The notes under the pieces: model-generated
Databases searched by the model: none
What the model saw: only the letters and a program-made list of their open reading frames with translations
What the model was told of the DNA's origin: nothing
DNA from: an uncultured Armatimonadetes bacterium
GTDB lineage: Bacteria > Armatimonadota > Hebobacteria > Hebobacterales > Hebobacteraceae
Direction of reading: 5' to 3'
Assembly: GCA_963716175.1 (NCBI GenBank)
Contig: OY970296.1
Location: 309,302-373,301, forward strand
Length of the DNA: 64,000 bases
Position numbers and translations under genes: made by a program
In this document: positions 9,887 through 17,969 of the stretch, piece after piece
Position numbering within the stretch: position 1 is the first letter of the stretch
Layout of the letters: every line of letters starts with the position of its first letter

Positions 9887-10272
9887 TGATGTCGTGGGAG
9901 CAAGTGGCCAAGGTCAGAGATGCGGGGATGACGATCGGAGCGCACAGCGTGAGCCATCCGAACCTGGCCTGGCTGCCGCCCGCGGCCCAAGAGGCTCAGA
10001 TGCGCGAGTCGAAGCTGGCGCTGAGCTCTCATCTCGGCATCCCAGTGCGACACTTCTCGTACCCCAGCCCGATAGATCCACCTTGTCTCAACCGCGACAG
10101 CATGGCAGCCGCGCGGCAGGTGGGCTTCGCCGCGGCGCTGAGCACGTTCGCGGGAATGGCCCGGCCAGGTTCCAATCGTTTCGCCCTGCCGAGGATGAAC
10201 CAGCCCGCCATGGCGGCGCGGACAGCGGGCTTCTCTGCTTGCTTCCTGCGTGCAGCTCTGAAGATGCCTTAG
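9886..10272 (+). CDS. C-terminal half of NodB polysaccharide deacetylase (separate ORF or split by indel)
   Basis: Translation MMSWEQVAKVRDAGMTIGAHSVSHPNLAWL...VRHFSYPS carries the HSxxH and YP motifs that complete the NodB domain begun in the previous ORF. ATG 9886 overlaps TGA 9884-9886 by 1 nt. Confidence 0.65.
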   Translation: MMSWEQVAKVRDAGMTIGAHSVSHPNLAWLPPAAQEAQMRESKLALSSHLGIPVRHFSYPSPIDPPCLNRDSMAAARQVGFAAALSTFAGMARPGSNRFALPRMNQPAMAARTAGFSACFLRAALKMP

Positions 10273-10357
10273 AGACTGAAGAAGCCTACCGGGCCAGGAG
10301 GATGAAGGCTTGGCACCTAGTTCGCCCGCGCCCACCGTGGGGGCAGGGCCATCGTCA

Positions 10358-12718
10358 ATGACAGCGCAGATCGAGCTGGTGCGCAGCTCGGACGGCCTGG
10401 CCTCGCTCCAGCCGGAGTGGGACGAACTCGCGTCGCGTAGCCCCGCCTATCCGTTCACGAGCCACGTCTGGCAGGGGACCTGGTGGCAGGCGTTCGGCAG
10501 GCCACCCCGGAGCCTTTACACTCTGGTGCTGAGGCGAGGTGGCCGGGTCCTTGGCATATTCCCGCTCATGCTGACCAGAGGCCGCCTGCGGGGGATTCCC
10601 CTGCGCATGCTGACATTTGCTCAGAGCGCCCAGGCACCCCGTGCCGATGTTCTCCTGCGGGAAGACGACCCCCAGGTGCTGACGGAGCTACTCGAGTACC
10701 TCAGCGCCGCGCCCGGCTGGGATTGCCTGGTGCTGCGGAAGATCCCCGCCAGCTCCCCCTCTCTGACCATGCTTCAGTCCAGCCTTCGGGATCAGGGCTA
10801 CTGCTACCACCTCCATCAGAGCCTTCGTTGCCCCTATGTGCGCATAGACGGGGACTGGGAGGGTTTCCTGCAGTCCCGATCCGTGAAATTCCGCAAGAGC
10901 TGTCGCAACAAGCTGAACCGCGTCCAGCGCAGCCATCGCATGGAGGTAGAGCACATCTGCGACTGGGCTCGCTTCACGTCGGTCTATGATGAGATCTGTG
11001 AAGTCTCGTCCCGCAGCCGGCTGGTCGCTCGCCAGGCCGCCCTGGCGAGTCGGCCTGAGCGGGTTGGGTTCTACCGCCGCCTCGCCCAGCAAGCGGCCTC
11101 TCGCGGCTGGCTCAGCGTCTGGACTCTGCGCTTCGACGGTCGCATGGTTGCCTACGAGTACCACCTCGCCGTCAATGGAGTGAACCACGGGCTGCTGGCC
11201 GCATTCGACGACGACTTCGAGGCGCTGTCTCCAGGTTCTGTGCTCGACTATCACGTAGTGCGACAGCTTTTCCTCGATGGGCGCGCGGGATACGATCAAG
11301 GCGGCTGGGAGGCTTTCTACAAACGAAGATGGACAGACCAGGCCCTGGAGCATGTGGACCTGATCGCGTTCCCACGGCGCTGCCGGGCGGCGTTGGCCAA
11401 CCGGTGGGAGTACGGCATCGTGACCTGGCTGAGGGAGCGTCGCAACCAGCTGAGGCCCTCCTCGGGGTCGGATCATGCAGCTCGGTGGCTGGCCATCCGG
11501 GAGAGCATATCCTGGGAGCCCTCTGAGGCCCCTCACCTGGAGCACGAGGATGAAGAAGGCGCGTGGGGCCCTGATCTGAACCCGTTCCACCTGGCCCGGG
11601 ATGGATGGCAGATGCTGCGCCGCGATCTGGCGCGGGACCTGAACTACTACCGTGTGCGGCCGACGAACCTGCTTCCCTTCCTGACTTACCGCTGCAGCTC
11701 GAGATGTCGCACCTGCAGCATGTGGCAGCGGCGGAGCGTGCTCCCAGAGCTCAGCCTCGCTCAGTGGCAGACGTTCCTCACCTCCCTTGCAGAGATACAG
11801 CCCAGATCACTGCGCCATGTAGAGTTCTTCGGGGGCGACGTGCTTCTGAGGCCCGATGTCTTGATGCCCCTGATCGAGCAGGCATCCGCCATCGGCCTGG
11901 ACACCGCCGTCCCCCTCAATGGCATCCTTCTGGACGAGCGCATGGCCGCCCAGCTTGTGGCCAGTGGGGTCCATACCGTCTACCTCAGCGTGGATGGAGT
12001 GGGCGAAGTGCATGACCGCGTCCGCGGCGTGCCTGGCAACTTCGCGCTTCTTAGGCGCGGCCTGGCAGCATTGCGCGCGGCCCGCGGAGATCGCCGTTCC
12101 CCAGAGATCGTCGCCATCTGCACCGTCTCGCGCCTCAACGCGGACAGCTTCGAGCAGGTGCTTCCCTTCGCGGCCGAAGCGGGATGCGACAGACTTCACT
12201 TTGAGTACGCGGGAGAATTCCCGGCCGAGGCCTGTGCGCGCTCGGTGCTCGACGGGCACCGGCCGGCCCCCTACTTCTCGAGTTCCAACGGCTCGGTGCT
12301 GGTGGAGGCGGCACAGGCCTATCGCATCAAGCGCGAGCTCTCGCTGATCCGGTCATCTCCTGCTCCCGGCAAGCTGTATGTCGCCACCACCAACATAGAC
12401 GTGCTTACTACGGAGCAGATGGTGCTGGGCCGCTTCGACGTACGCCAGTGCTATGTGGCCCGACTGATCGTCACCGTTGACCCCTTCGGGGGCGTGCTGG
12501 CCTGCCCGTTCTTCGACACCTACCTCCTGGGCAACATCCTCGAGCGACCACTCTCCGAGATCTGGAACGGACCGACGCACCGGCGGTTCCTGCAGGCACA
12601 GCGGCGGGGGGAATTCCCCATCTGCCGCCACTGCATCATGAGCGTGGAGCGGAATCCCACCTTCGGGCAGAGAGTCGTGAAGCGATACCTGGCATGGCGG
12701 AAACTGGCGCGCAGTTGA
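10358..12718 (+). CDS. Fusion: FemAB/CelD-like acyltransferase (GNAT-related) plus radical SAM enzyme with SPASM/twitch-like C-terminus
   Basis: N-terminal half has LQPEWDELASRSPAYPFTSHVWQGTWWQAFG...VLGIFPLML...KFRKSCRNKLNR (CelD/BioF2-like fold signatures). C-terminal half has FLTYRCSSRCRTCSMW (CX3CX2C at 11693-11716), FFGGDVLLRPD, and the terminal cysteines CPFF...ICRHC. ATG 10358 is preferred over the track start at 10310. Confidence 0.75.
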   Translation: MTAQIELVRSSDGLASLQPEWDELASRSPAYPFTSHVWQGTWWQAFGRPPRSLYTLVLRRGGRVLGIFPLMLTRGRLRGIPLRMLTFAQSAQAPRADVLLREDDPQVLTELLEYLSAAPGWDCLVLRKIPASSPSLTMLQSSLRDQGYCYHLHQSLRCPYVRIDGDWEGFLQSRSVKFRKSCRNKLNRVQRSHRMEVEHICDWARFTSVYDEICEVSSRSRLVARQAALASRPERVGFYRRLAQQAASRGWLSVWTLRFDGRMVAYEYHLAVNGVNHGLLAAFDDDFEALSPGSVLDYHVVRQLFLDGRAGYDQGGWEAFYKRRWTDQALEHVDLIAFPRRCRAALANRWEYGIVTWLRERRNQLRPSSGSDHAARWLAIRESISWEPSEAPHLEHEDEEGAWGPDLNPFHLARDGWQMLRRDLARDLNYYRVRPTNLLPFLTYRCSSRCRTCSMWQRRSVLPELSLAQWQTFLTSLAEIQPRSLRHVEFFGGDVLLRPDVLMPLIEQASAIGLDTAVPLNGILLDERMAAQLVASGVHTVYLSVDGVGEVHDRVRGVPGNFALLRRGLAALRAARGDRRSPEIVAICTVSRLNADSFEQVLPFAAEAGCDRLHFEYAGEFPAEACARSVLDGHRPAPYFSSSNGSVLVEAAQAYRIKRELSLIRSSPAPGKLYVATTNIDVLTTEQMVLGRFDVRQCYVARLIVTVDPFGGVLACPFFDTYLLGNILERPLSEIWNGPTHRRFLQAQRRGEFPICRHCIMSVERNPTFGQRVVKRYLAWRKLARS

Positions 12719-13389
12719 GCGGCCGGCCCCCGATCACGCGAATCAGGCGGGTGTGGCAGGAGGGAGGTCTGCCCGCTATCTACGGGTGCATTGCCGAACG
12801 GGTGCTGCGGCACAATTCGGCAATTTGGCACGAGCGCCAGCTGGTCGGCGAGCTGCCCGCAGCGAAGGCGAAGCTGCCCGTGAGCATCATCCGCGACGAC
12901 CTTCGAGGGACGCTGGAATGGCTGTACCGCAGACCGCACGATCCGCGTGAACTTGGTCTGGCTCTTGCTGAGGGCCATCTGTCTCCCCGCGCCGAACTCA
13001 ACGGCGCCTTGGTCGCCTATGTCAAGGCTGGCTGGGGTGCGGTCTGGGTCTCGGACTACCAGGGCTTTGTCAGTTTCCCACCCGAGGCCGCCTTCATCTA
13101 CGATACCTATGTAGAGCCAGCTCTCCGGCGCCAGGGAATCGGAAAAGCGATGGTCGCGGCCGTCATGAAGGAGCTGCAAGCGCGTGGGTTCGCGCGCGTG
13201 TTCTGCCACATCCCAGAATGGAATCGCGCCTCGCGCCATCTCTACGAGTCCGTCGGGTTCGTAGCACGAAGGAAGATCGTGTTCGCGCGGATTCTCGGGC
13301 TGCCTATCCTGTGGCCCCATCCGCGGATGCTGTGGCGGCACCCGCCTTCGTCTACGGAGCATCCGACATCAGGTCACAGCCGATCATGA
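12694..13389 (+). CDS. GNAT family N-acetyltransferase
   Basis: Translation has IYDTYVEPALRRQGIGKAMVAAVMKELQARGFARVFCHI...NRASRHLYESVGF (acetyl-CoA binding Q/RxxGxG/A motif). It overlaps the previous gene by 25 nt. Confidence 0.75.
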   Translation: MAETGAQLSGRPPITRIRRVWQEGGLPAIYGCIAERVLRHNSAIWHERQLVGELPAAKAKLPVSIIRDDLRGTLEWLYRRPHDPRELGLALAEGHLSPRAELNGALVAYVKAGWGAVWVSDYQGFVSFPPEAAFIYDTYVEPALRRQGIGKAMVAAVMKELQARGFARVFCHIPEWNRASRHLYESVGFVARRKIVFARILGLPILWPHPRMLWRHPPSSTEHPTSGHSRS

Positions 13390-13441
13390 GCGACAGGGTC
13401 CAGCAGAAGGCAGATGCGAGCCATTACAGGATTGCAGTGCC

Positions 13442-14566
13442 GTGACATACCGGCTCCTCGACTGGCTGGCTTGCCCTAGGAACTCCTGCTTCCCCCTCAA
13501 GATCACCGCCGCGATCGAGAGGCAGCTTCCCGCCTGTTCAGCCGGGAGAAGCCCCATCCGATGCGATGCCTACTGCGGCCGGCGACAAGCGCCAGTGGAT
13601 GATATCCCCGCGGAAGAATGCCTGGCCTGCGCAACTGTAGAGGTGGTGGAGGGTGAGATTCGGTGCGAGTGCTGCGGCGCGATCTCCACCTTGACTGACG
13701 GCATCCCGGACATGCTGCCTCCAGAGCTGGCCGCGGCAGCTAGACTGGGAGCAGCCGCATCTGCGCCGCGCGGCCTCAGGGACAAGGCCAGCGAGATGGC
13801 GGCAAGAGACCAGCAGGCGGCAAGCTACAATAGCAGGCGCAACCCATTCGATAGGGAAGCCGAACTGGGAGTGCTCCTGAGGTCACTCGATGTCCGGCCC
13901 AGAGACCGGATCCTCGACGGCGGGGCGGGAACCGGGTTTGTCACCCTTGCCTGCGTAGCGCGAAATGTAGAGCTGGCAGCGGTAGACTTCTCCCGGGAAT
14001 CGCTGAAGATGCTGCGGAGCGCCATCCCGTTGCCGCTACTCTCTCAGACCCATCTCGTGCAAGCGGACCTCACTAGGCTGCCCTTTCGCGACGGTATCTT
14101 CGACAAGGCGGTGCAGGCCCAGGTGCTGGAGCATCTGCCCACAGCAGAAGACCGAGATGCCGCCGTGTCTGAGACCAAGCGGGTGCTTACGCGGGGCGGC
14201 CGGTTCGTGCTCTCCGCCTACAACTTCTCCCTATGGAAGAAGCGGTCGGCCGCCAGGGGCGAAGTGCACTTCGCTCAGCGAGAAGGTTACCATGGCGGGC
14301 GGATCTACTACCGGAACTTCGAAGCCGCGGAGCTCCGCGCTCTGCTGTCGCAGCACTTCCAGGTCAGGAGCATCCGCGGTGTCATCAATGAGCTCCCGGA
14401 GGATCTTCAATACCGGCTGAGACCATTCGGGCTCTTGGTGGAAAGGGGATTGCAGATGACGGCGCTGTCTGTCCACCTGGGCCGTCTGCTCGTTGCCAGC
14501 TGTCGTCGCGAGGGCCAGCCGCCCACCCCAAATCAGGGCTCAAGCAGTCCTCGGCCGGCAGCGTGA
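13442..14566 (+). CDS. Trm112-like zinc-ribbon domain fused to class I SAM-dependent methyltransferase
   Basis: N-terminal part has LLDWLACPRNS...IRCECCGAISTLTDGIPDML (Trm112-type). It is followed by ILDGGAGTGF...VDFSRESL...LPFRDGIFDKAVQAQVLEHL...LTRGGRFVLSAYN. Confidence 0.75.
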   Translation: MTYRLLDWLACPRNSCFPLKITAAIERQLPACSAGRSPIRCDAYCGRRQAPVDDIPAEECLACATVEVVEGEIRCECCGAISTLTDGIPDMLPPELAAAARLGAAASAPRGLRDKASEMAARDQQAASYNSRRNPFDREAELGVLLRSLDVRPRDRILDGGAGTGFVTLACVARNVELAAVDFSRESLKMLRSAIPLPLLSQTHLVQADLTRLPFRDGIFDKAVQAQVLEHLPTAEDRDAAVSETKRVLTRGGRFVLSAYNFSLWKKRSAARGEVHFAQREGYHGGRIYYRNFEAAELRALLSQHFQVRSIRGVINELPEDLQYRLRPFGLLVERGLQMTALSVHLGRLLVASCRREGQPPTPNQGSSSPRPAA

Positions 14567-14597
14567 TCTGCTGACTGGCCCAGCGCAGCCTGCCCAC

Positions 14598-15818
14598 CTA
14601 GTCCACAGGCCCAAAGCTAGAGCGCAGTATCCGCAGCAGCTCCCTTACAGCCTTCCGCCTGAGGACAGAACGCGGGACGCATCTCGCCAGCCGACTTGCG
14701 ACCGAACGGCGCAGTCGCCCGTGCTCGGTTGCGGGGCCTGATGTGTCGCGGTAGCGATCTTCGGCTGTCCGCCGAGCAAGAGTAGCAGGCGAGACTCGCT
14801 GTGCCGCGCTCTGTTGCAGCAGCCGCGTCACCATCCCACCGAACTCCTCTATGCACAGTTGGCGCACTCGGGGCAATGTCACAGCGAGATGCCCCAAGCG
14901 CGTCCCGATGACCCCACCCGAGTTGCAGATGAAGTCCGGTAGCACCGGGATTCCTCTCGCCATAAGGGCAGCCTCGGCAGCATCAGCGCAGGGCGCGTTG
15001 GCAGCCGGGACCACAGCCCTAGCCCTAAGAGCCTTTGCCGTCGCCTCGTTCACCGAGCCCACCCGCGCGGCGGGCACGAGAATATCGAATGAGGCCTGGA
15101 ACAGATGCTCCTTGGGGACGCACTCCCAGTCGCCGGGCTGATTCACGAACGCGTCTCCATGCCGGCTCCTCGCTGCCAGCAGCGCCTCCAGATCGAGACC
15201 TGTTTCCTTGACGACCGCGCCTCGCACGGTAGAGGCGGCGGTGATCCGGCCGCCCCAGGCGCCTAGCTCACGCGCCAGGTGGATGCCAACCCGGCCCATG
15301 CCCTCGATGCCCACCGCGCAAGCCTCTGGGCCGAGGTCCAGCCACGCTGCGGCCGCTTTGACCGCTCCGAACACGGTCAGCGCCGTATAGTAGGAGCTAT
15401 CCGCGATGCCAGCGAACGGCACACCGGCTCCCTGGTAGATCGCCTCAATATCGCCGGGGCCGCAGTTGAGGTCGGTCCAGGGGTAGTAGATGCCGGCTCT
15501 CAGCAGGGGCGCGCAGTGCCTGCCAAAGGAGGCGAATATGGCTCTGCGCTGCTCCTGCGACACTTCCTCAGGCAGGACAACTCCCGCCTTTGCCCCACCT
15601 GATCGGCACTGCCAGAATGCGTACTTATACGTCATCACGCGGGCAAGCTGCTCCACCTCCGCGACAGTCACATCGGCGGCCGCCCGCACGCCACCCGTTG
15701 CGCTGCCGCGCCATACCGAGTGGACTACGACGAAACCGCGCATCCCCGTGTCGGCATCAGCGCACTGGACGGTGAGAAGTGGGTCTGGCGGAATCACCCC
15801 GTCCGCTCCTCTTGGCAA
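14598..15818 (-). CDS. Glu/Leu/Phe/Val dehydrogenase family protein
   Basis: Translation has GGVR...MTYKYAFWQCRSGGAKAGV (catalytic Lys region) and the Rossmann motif GIEGMGRVGIHLAREL. Length is 406 aa. Confidence 0.85.
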   Translation of the reverse strand: MPRGADGVIPPDPLLTVQCADADTGMRGFVVVHSVWRGSATGGVRAAADVTVAEVEQLARVMTYKYAFWQCRSGGAKAGVVLPEEVSQEQRRAIFASFGRHCAPLLRAGIYYPWTDLNCGPGDIEAIYQGAGVPFAGIADSSYYTALTVFGAVKAAAAWLDLGPEACAVGIEGMGRVGIHLARELGAWGGRITAASTVRGAVVKETGLDLEALLAARSRHGDAFVNQPGDWECVPKEHLFQASFDILVPAARVGSVNEATAKALRARAVVPAANAPCADAAEAALMARGIPVLPDFICNSGGVIGTRLGHLAVTLPRVRQLCIEEFGGMVTRLLQQSAAQRVSPATLARRTAEDRYRDTSGPATEHGRLRRSVASRLARCVPRSVLRRKAVRELLRILRSSFGPVD

Positions 15819-16144
15819 GTCCTCACGTTAGCAGTACCACCTGCGACTCCGGAATCGAACGACTCAAGGTAACCCGGCTCACCGAACTGGCCCTTCGCCT
15901 TCTGTGATACCATCCGGGCCCTGCTGGGTCAAGGGGACTACGCGATGCGCGCGAGGAGGGCCAGCTCCGCTCATCATGCCGATGCTAGGCAGCAGCCCGG
16001 TGCGGATCGAAGCGCGGTCAGCCACTTTCCGCCCAGACCAGCTCAAAACGCGTGGGCCAGACGCAGCCATCCTTCGCAGCCGAGGCGGCTCCAGTAGCCT
16101 TGGGCAAGGCGGCTACCTACCCCTCCTGCCACACCGGCCCCTGG

Positions 16145-17383
16145 CTACATAGACAGGTGGAAGGTGCGGGACAGGTACACCGCGAGCTGGTCTCGAGTGC
16201 AGGTATTCGCGGGGTAGTAGAGACCATCGGGATAGCCCGAGGTCACGCCCTTGGCCGCCACGTACTCCACGTGTTTGTAGCACCACGACCAGGTGTTGGT
16301 CGGCGTCACGTCTGCAAAGGTCGGGGTCTCGGGCGGGGTGTAGGTATTGAGCCCTTGTTCTCCCAACGGGCTGGCAAGGCATCGGGCCAAGAATACGGCC
16401 ATCTGGGCTCGATTCACCAGCGTAGTGGGATGGAACTTGCCGTCAGGATATCCGAGGATGATGCCGTACCCGTACTCGTACTCCACGTATTTGAAGGCCC
16501 AGTAGTCACTGGGCACGTCCGGGAAAGTCGCCCCACCAGATGCCTCCGGCACGTTCCGCTCGCCGTCTGCGATAGCGCGGGCGAGGTACACGGCTATCTG
16601 GTCGCGGGTAATGCCCTCCAGAGGCCGGTAGCTGCCCTCCGGGTATCCGAGCACCAGATCCGCCTTCAGGCAGCCCATGATCCCACCATAGGCCCAATAA
16701 TCCCGGGGCACGTCCGTGAATCCCGAGACCACGTAGCGCGGCTCGGTCTTGCTCCCGGTTCCCGCCGTGTTGCTGGCCCATAAGGTCACGGTGTACGCAC
16801 CCGGTCGGGTGTAGACATGGCCGGGATTCTGCTCTAGGCTTGTGCCTCCATCCCCGAAGTTCCACTCCCAAGAGGTCGGATTGCCGCTGCTCAGGTCAGT
16901 GAACGCGACTGTGAGCGGAGTCTGGCCGTCCGTGGGGTCCGCGCCAAAGGCGGCGTTCGGAGGTGATTCGGACACCGTGATGCACGCATCCCGCCAGATG
17001 GTGGCGGCCCCTGCCCCATTGTGAACGGTAAGCCCTACCGGGTAGGTGCCGCCCCGGGTGTAGACGTGGCTCGGGTTCTGCTCTACGCTCGTCTGCCCGT
17101 CCCCGAAGTCCCACAGCCAAGCTACCGGGCTGCCGTTGGATAGATCGGTGAAGTTGACTGTCAGCGGCACCATCCCGCTCGTCGGAGAGGCTGCGAAGTT
17201 AACCGTGAACGAGGACACCTGAAACTCCACCAGGTTCGACACCACGAGGTTGCCATCAGCGATAGCAACCGCCTGGTTGGTTATCACAGTGCCTGCGGGC
17301 GTGGACGCTGCCACTGGGGCAAGAGCAAGAAACACCAGCAGCAGCCCAAACACTGCAGCGGCAAGGCGAGAGCCCAGCCGCAT
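16145..17383 (-). CDS. Exported surface protein: 2 PKD domains plus 3 C-terminal SLH domains
   Basis: Signal peptide MRLGSRLAAAVFGLLLVFLALAPVAAS. Two PKD units (PLTVNFTDLS...WDFGDGQTS..NPSHVYTRGGTY). Three SLH units (FTDVPRDYWAYGGIM...GYPEGSYRP...ITRDQIAVYLARAI and so on). The track start at 17473 is probably too far upstream. Confidence 0.85.
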   Translation of the reverse strand: MRLGSRLAAAVFGLLLVFLALAPVAASTPAGTVITNQAVAIADGNLVVSNLVEFQVSSFTVNFAASPTSGMVPLTVNFTDLSNGSPVAWLWDFGDGQTSVEQNPSHVYTRGGTYPVGLTVHNGAGAATIWRDACITVSESPPNAAFGADPTDGQTPLTVAFTDLSSGNPTSWEWNFGDGGTSLEQNPGHVYTRPGAYTVTLWASNTAGTGSKTEPRYVVSGFTDVPRDYWAYGGIMGCLKADLVLGYPEGSYRPLEGITRDQIAVYLARAIADGERNVPEASGGATFPDVPSDYWAFKYVEYEYGYGIILGYPDGKFHPTTLVNRAQMAVFLARCLASPLGEQGLNTYTPPETPTFADVTPTNTWSWCYKHVEYVAAKGVTSGYPDGLYYPANTCTRDQLAVYLSRTFHLSM

Positions 17384-17910
17384 CCCACGTGTTCGATTCT
17401 CCCCTGTCGCCCGACACAGCAACACCGGCACAGCCTGTGTCGCTTTCCGCATCAGCTTACCCCGCATTCCCATCGCGCCCCCGAGCGAAAGCCGCGACCC
17501 GCTGCCCTTCGGCTCGCCGCCACCGCGACAAGAGCGACATCACACTGGCTCAGCAGCAAGGCGGCGAGTGCGCCGCACCTCCGCGTCTGCACCCGACCCT
17601 ATCGCGCACGCCGTCCGCCCCGAGCCACTTTGCAGTCTAGGCGCTGCTTCCAGAGTCGTCAACAGATAGGAGGTCGCACGCCTACCAGACAGGCCGTGGC
17701 TCGGTCACGCTCCGTAACCGCAAATCCCGGCTCGCGCACGCAGGTAGCACCACGGATCCGGCTCCCGTCCCCGGCCGGCGACCACTACCTCATGTATACC
17801 ACGCTGGCACCGGCAGGTCAAACGTGGGTCGCCTCTAGCTGCGACCCGGAGGGCTGGACTCCTCGGGATTACGCCAGTCTGCGGCCACTCCCACGTGTGG
17901 CGGCGAAACT

Positions 17911-17942
17911 GCGGAGGCGCAGCAGAGCCGCTGCGCCTCCGC
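17911..17942 (-). terminator. Hairpin terminator downstream of the large PKD/SLH gene
   Basis: Perfect 13-bp GC-rich stem gcggaggcgcagc/gctgcgcctccgc with a 6-nt loop, 28 nt past the stop. On the minus strand it is followed by AGUUUCG. Confidence 0.6.
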
Positions 17943-17969
17943 GCTAACGCCCGTTGCCTTCGAATCGCT

